DNA of 64,000 nucleotides from Rhizodiscina lignyota (Eukaryota): NCBI GenBank assembly GCA_010015805.1, contig ML978132.1, positions 124,001 to 188,000 of the forward strand, read 5' to 3'. Shown piece by piece: positions 58,852 to 64,000 of this stretch (position 1 is its first letter; each line of letters starts with the position of its first letter). The notes under the pieces were generated by a model. It saw only the letters and a program-made list of their open reading frames with translations, ran no database searches and was not told where the DNA came from. The position numbers and the translations under genes were made by a program.

Positions 58852-61141
58852 TCAAACATTACTTCCTCCATGACCGCCGCCTCTAGGATCCAGTAGCAGA
58901 TGAGGCTTGATGAACCCCTCATCAATCTGCCTGAAGGCACTCGCCGGATCCTCAGTGATGTCGGTGAAGAGCTGGCCAATGGCGCCCGTCGCATTCGCTA
59001 CACCGCGTGCAGCACCTGCAATCATGCCTGAGCTCGTCGGCGTGTCGTGCAGCGCCTGTGCTGCAGACTGTGGATGCAGGCCTGCTGAGCCTGAGCTCTC
59101 CAAGCCTTGCCCTCGGATGGGACTTGCTGCGCGCATAGGCGAGGTACGACGAACAGCTGGAGGAAGGTCGAGATCTTCTGTATCGTCTTCTTCGAAAGAG
59201 CCAGTTTCATTGGGAGAGAGGAGACCGCTTTGCTCAATGTCGTTGGTGCGGACGTTGCGAGTTGAGCTGCGGCGAGCTTTTGTGCCGTTTGGACGTATTG
59301 GTGGGGTTGAGTTGCCACTGACATATGTGCCTGTGCGACCGGCCCTTTGTCTGTCGAACTCGACAGGATCGAGGGCAATGATGCCATTCGCAGTAGACGT
59401 GCGGCGTGGCTCGTGACCGAAGCCCTGGCCTCTGTGGCGTGCATACGTTCCATTGGCACCCGGAACAACCTCAATATCGAACTCGTCGTCTGAGTCGATT
59501 TCTTCTACGACGCCAATCCGGATGTTTAGGATTTCGAGCATGCGAGATGTGGTTCCGCCAAAGATGATTACAGTCAGGACAACCACGACGAGTACGGTTG
59601 CTTTTAGAACGTAGCCGTTTTCGCCCGTCAGACCTGCTGCTAGTGCGACACCAACAGCACCACGGAGACCAGCCCAATACAGCATTATCTGATGATTATA
59701 TGGGAGCTCATCCGCCGCCTCCTCTCGGCCTCTTCTTCTCGCGCGATATCTAATGACCCAGTTGATAGCTTTCGACAATGGAAAGACGGCTAAGTATCGA
59801 GCAATGCAGATGCCAATAACCGTGATGAGGATCAGGAGTGGCTTGAAGTCAAGGGCAGAGTCTGTGAAGAGCGAAAGTCCCAGGTAGATGAAGATGAAGT
59901 TCTCTGAGAGTTGCGCGAGGATTTGGAAGATGAACTTTGTCGTGAGCTGTGTGCGGCGTGACATGTTATGATATGCGTAATGCTTCATGCAAATTCCACA
60001 GAATAGCAGGGACACAATGCCTGGTTTGCCTGTCAATAGAATGATACCGAGTTGGGTCGAAGATAGACTTACCAGACATATGTATTGCATTTGAGAAGAA
60101 GTAGCTGGCATATGCGATCAAGAGTATCACACAACTCTCAATCTTGGGAAATCTGCGGACGTGGGTGAATTTCAAGAGCAGAGACGTTCCGATTCCTATG
60201 GCGAGCCCAATTATCAAGCTCATGAAGAAGACAAACAAAAATACTCCGATGGACTCGAATAAGGTCAGAATAGTAAAATTACCATTCTGTGCGACTTCAT
60301 CGGGATCTGAAGACTCGGTGGGTTTGTATTTTTGTGCGGTTTCAAACAGCACAATCGCGATTGCATCGTTGAGAATGGATTCGCCGAAGATAACAGTATA
60401 GAGCTTCGGATCGACTCTGTACGTGTTGAAAATGGCGAGAATTGTAACTGGGTCTGTTGCAGACAAGGTTGCACCAACGGACATTGCCTCTACGAATGAT
60501 ATCTTGACGGCCTCAAGAGGTATCTTTGACCATATGAAAAGGATGACTGCAAGTACAACGGCTGATATGAAGGTCCCAGCAAAGGCGAAGGTCAGGATAG
60601 TTCCGATGTTGCGGAAAAAGTTGCCCTGGTGTAGCTCATATCCTGAGTTTAGGATAATAGGAGGCAGGAGGAGGTTGAAGAAGAACTGGTAGTCGAAGGT
60701 TACGACGCCGAGCAGACTGACACCCGCTGTCAATCTGAGTACCAGACCAACCACCATTCCTAAGCGCCCTTAGCATGTTGTCCCAAACCCAGTTCATGTG
60801 TAATCCTACCCGCGAAAATGGAGATGACAGTTTCGTGTACGGCTTGTATGCGTCGTGTCTGGAGGAAATAGCTCGCCAGGAGGGCGCAGATGAGGAGGGA
60901 TATGAGGATGAATAGTGCCCATGAGGAATAAACCTCCTTCTCACCGGCTTCCGGTTCTGATAGAGTATAAGCAATGTCATGTCGTTACAGCGCTGGTGGA
61001 TCGATGCTTACCCTCGCCATCTGGGTCGTCGGTTGCTCGCTCTGGAATCTGATGTTAGGCCGTATCCGACAGTTTTGATATGCACGGAGACATACTGATC
61101 AGGGCCGCCTGGAACGAGCTGACCGCCTGGTACATCGACAT
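58852..61141 (-). CDS. NHX1: Endosomal Na+(K+)/H+ exchanger (CPA1 family); about 5 exons
   Basis: Spliced MSMYQAVSSFQAALI|KRATDDPDGE|EPEAGEKEVYSSWALF...HETVISIFA|GMVVG...FFNLLLPPIILNSGY...LSATDPV...IFGESILNDA...WAGLRGAVG. Confidence 0.93.
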
Positions 61142-61879
61142 ATTGCCAGTTTGATTTATCTTGACATTGATGTGCGACTGTTTGTATTCGATGAATCGGC
61201 GGAGATGTGGCCTTCACGGCCTTCCAAATCGGGGGGAGCCTAATCTTCAAGTATGGCAGCCGGCGCAACGATTAACGAGGGTGGAGAGGTGTCGAGACCA
61301 GATTGTATGAGGGGTAGCGATGCGCTGTCCCTGGAATTGAATGGCAAGAGCGTTGACAATGACTGATGGAATGGCACTTTGAGGGTCAGAAATGTGTCTT
61401 GACATCGCATCTCTAGCCCAGTCTCTTGCAGGGGTGGCGCGCTGCAGTATCGTAGGAACCTTGTTCCGCAACCTGCCCTGGCATGATGGATCGGTGACGA
61501 TCGTCACCAATGCCTATGCCAGCAATCCAGTCTTAATTCTCCTAAGCCGCTCCATCGCTCCTTATATCTCTCTGTCTTTACTTGGAAGCTCTCAGTCCTT
61601 CACCTCGCGCGCACCCCACAATACCCACCTGTCCTTTCTTTAGCGCATCGGACAGCGCGTCCGGGGTCGGGTGTCCCGAATCGTAGACGTCACACGCGAC
61701 ACCGGCTTGTTCCTCCAGAACTACGCTCCCAACACCGACAACCAGACTATATACTGCAACACAATGCTTTCAACGGTTACAAGTCGCCTGCGCATGGAGA
61801 CTTGATCAGAGAGCTCTCATGAGCCCCACGATTCTTCACACTCTAGCTTCATATTTGTCCAAACAACTTCGGACCCGAC

Positions 61880-63811
61880 ATGAACATGAGCGACGCACAA
61901 TTGTCCAGCAGAAACCCATCAAAGCCGCCGCCGCCGACGAACCACACTGAGAACAACGACAAGGATTTGGCCACACAACTCGAGCGAGCTCCTAAATCGT
62001 CACCTGCCCTGAGAGGGACGATCCTCGACCGTCATGAAGACGATCGAGTGAACGAACAATCTCCCCTTTTAGACTCGACCGGCTCAGACGACAACGGATC
62101 GCTGAAATCAGTAACACCACTTAGTGAACAGTCTTGGAACGGAAATAATGGCGAGGAAACTAAGAGCAGCTGGTACCTCTTCCTCCTCACGTTTGCCGCG
62201 CTTGGCCTGCAGATCGGGTGGTCGGTCGAGACGTCCAATGGGTCACCGTACCTGCTATCCCTTGGGCTCAGCAAGTCTATATTGGCGCTTGTGTGGATAG
62301 CTGGGCCACTGGCAGGTGTTTTGGTACAACCTTATGTGGGAATAAGAAGTGATCGCTGTCGCTCGAGATGGGGAAAGAGAAGACCTTTCATTGTAGGCGG
62401 ATCCATCTCAACAGTCGTGTCTCTCATGGTATTGGCGTGGACAAGGGAGCTCGTAGGAGGCTTCTTGTCCCTGTTTGGAGCAGACCCGGCATCGAAAGGC
62501 GTGAAGACATGCATCATGCTCTTCGCAGTCGTCTTTGTCTATGTCTTGGATTTCGCCATCAATGTCCTCCAAGCCGCTATTCGTGCATTTATCGTTGATT
62601 GTGCTCCCACGCACCAACAATCGACAGCCAATGCCTGGGCGTCTCGGATCCAAGGGGTCGGCAATATTACCGGCTATATATTTGGCTTCCTCAATCTGCC
62701 GAAGATATTTCCGTTTCTTGGGGACACACAATTCAAAGTTCTCTGCGCTATCGCAAGCTTCCTGATGCTGCTCACATCCGGTATCAGTTGCGCAAGCATC
62801 CAAGAGAGAGATCCACGCCTAGAAGGCGACCTGCTAGAGCACGATAGCGGGATTATTGCATTTTTCAAGAGCCTATATCACTCCATTCGCCGCCTACCGC
62901 CACAGATCACGAAGGTTTGCCAGGTCCAGTTTGCAGCATGGATTGGCTGGTTTCCGTTCCTCTTCTATATCACCACCTACATCGGTGAAATCTATGCGGA
63001 ACCTTTCTTCGAGGAGAATCCGCATATGACTGAAAAGGAGGTGGAGAAACTCTGGGAGAAGGCCACACGTATGGGTACTTTCGCTCTTCTCATCTTCGCC
63101 ATCACGACGTTCGTTGCGAGCGTCTTCCTTCCTATGATAGTAGCGCCCTCGTTCAAAGCACCGCCTCTTCCTGCTGTCACTCCCCTGACCCCGACAACAC
63201 CCTCTGCAAACCTTTCCGGCTCTGGCTACTTTCCTCATTCGCCGAAGCCACCATCTGCGCACAGCAAGCGTATCTGGAATCGCTTCATCTCTCTTTTCAC
63301 ATATTTCCACATCCGCACCTTCACACTCCGCCGCATGTGGTTCCTCTCTCATATCTTCTTCTCGATATGTATGCTTTCCACCTTCTTCATCCGCTCTGTC
63401 CCAGCAGCGACAATTCTTGTCGGCTTCATTGGCATCCCTTGGGCCGTCACCAATTGGGCACCTTTCGCGCTCATCTCAGCTGAGATTAGCAAGCGTGACG
63501 CCATTCGCCGTGGTATTATTCGCCCCCCTGCAACACGCGATGGCGCGCTGCTTGCAGCAGGCGAGGACAATGCGCAAGGTGCAGATCAGGCGGGTGTCGT
63601 GCTGGGCATTCATAATGTCGCACTCAGTGCACCGCAGGTCATCGCGACGTTGATCTCGAGTGCCATTTTCTGGGCGCTGCAGAAGCCAAGGGGCACGCCG
63701 GGTGATGAGAGCGTGGCGTGGACGCTGAGATTTGCCGGTGTTTGTGCGCTTGGTGCGGCTTGGCTAGCAAGACGAGTTGGAGAAGAGGATGCTAATGGGA
63801 TGGACATATGA
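61880..63811 (+). CDS. Sucrose/alpha-glucoside permease (Sut1/SLC45-like, GPH family of MFS)
   Basis: Motifs GLQIGWSVE, VWIAGPLAGVLVQPYVG..SDRCRSRWGKRRPF, LDFAINVLQAAIRAFIVD and AGVVLGIHNVALSAPQ. Confidence 0.9.
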   Translation: MNMSDAQLSSRNPSKPPPPTNHTENNDKDLATQLERAPKSSPALRGTILDRHEDDRVNEQSPLLDSTGSDDNGSLKSVTPLSEQSWNGNNGEETKSSWYLFLLTFAALGLQIGWSVETSNGSPYLLSLGLSKSILALVWIAGPLAGVLVQPYVGIRSDRCRSRWGKRRPFIVGGSISTVVSLMVLAWTRELVGGFLSLFGADPASKGVKTCIMLFAVVFVYVLDFAINVLQAAIRAFIVDCAPTHQQSTANAWASRIQGVGNITGYIFGFLNLPKIFPFLGDTQFKVLCAIASFLMLLTSGISCASIQERDPRLEGDLLEHDSGIIAFFKSLYHSIRRLPPQITKVCQVQFAAWIGWFPFLFYITTYIGEIYAEPFFEENPHMTEKEVEKLWEKATRMGTFALLIFAITTFVASVFLPMIVAPSFKAPPLPAVTPLTPTTPSANLSGSGYFPHSPKPPSAHSKRIWNRFISLFTYFHIRTFTLRRMWFLSHIFFSICMLSTFFIRSVPAATILVGFIGIPWAVTNWAPFALISAEISKRDAIRRGIIRPPATRDGALLAAGEDNAQGADQAGVVLGIHNVALSAPQVIATLISSAIFWALQKPRGTPGDESVAWTLRFAGVCALGAAWLARRVGEEDANGMDI

Positions 63812-64000
63812 TGATGACTCTTTGTATACTATGTACAGCTAGAGATGTCTCACTGTTGTAGGATACGAACGCAAGTGGAAAGAGCAACGTAAAAAGGTGT
63901 CTTCAATATATCAAATCTTTGCCTAGTCTCAAGGCTCTGGCCGAAGAGCTGGTGCAGCAAGATGGCGTGATCCAGATACGCCTTGAAGCCAGCAGCGCTG

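Overview
This is eukaryotic DNA from a filamentous ascomycete. Short GT-AG introns with CTRAC/CTAAC branch sites and the gene content indicate Pezizomycotina; a Dothideomycete is my inference only. Most of the window is housekeeping genes: purine/threonine biosynthesis, mitoribosomal mS33, an RNase III, a PhyH dioxygenase, a sugar transporter, an ATRX-like SNF2 ATPase, glutathione synthetase, an Erf4-family protein, KIN17, SUMO E1 AOS1, RVS161, a GFA-family protein, NHX1 and a Sut1-like permease. Four things stand out. (1) The usual fungal GARS-AIRS (ADE5,7) fusion is split: GARS stands alone and AIRS is fused in frame to homoserine kinase in the divergent neighbour gene, which one inversion would explain. 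(2) An orphan region holds a tandem array of six 38-43 nt spliceosomal-type mini-introns separated by 10-20 nt micro-exons (31394-31737, minus strand). (3) An accessory block at about 43.9-57.3 kb holds an HSPA12-like Hsp70 head-to-head with a possibly GrpE-shaped coiled-coil protein, a U-box-like protein, a large PARP-family ADP-ribosyltransferase and a small secreted 8-Cys protein. (4) The HSPA12-like gene has a probable U2-type AT-AC intron. I recognised no rRNA, tRNA, CRISPR array or transposase. All family assignments come from motif recognition by eye, not database searches.
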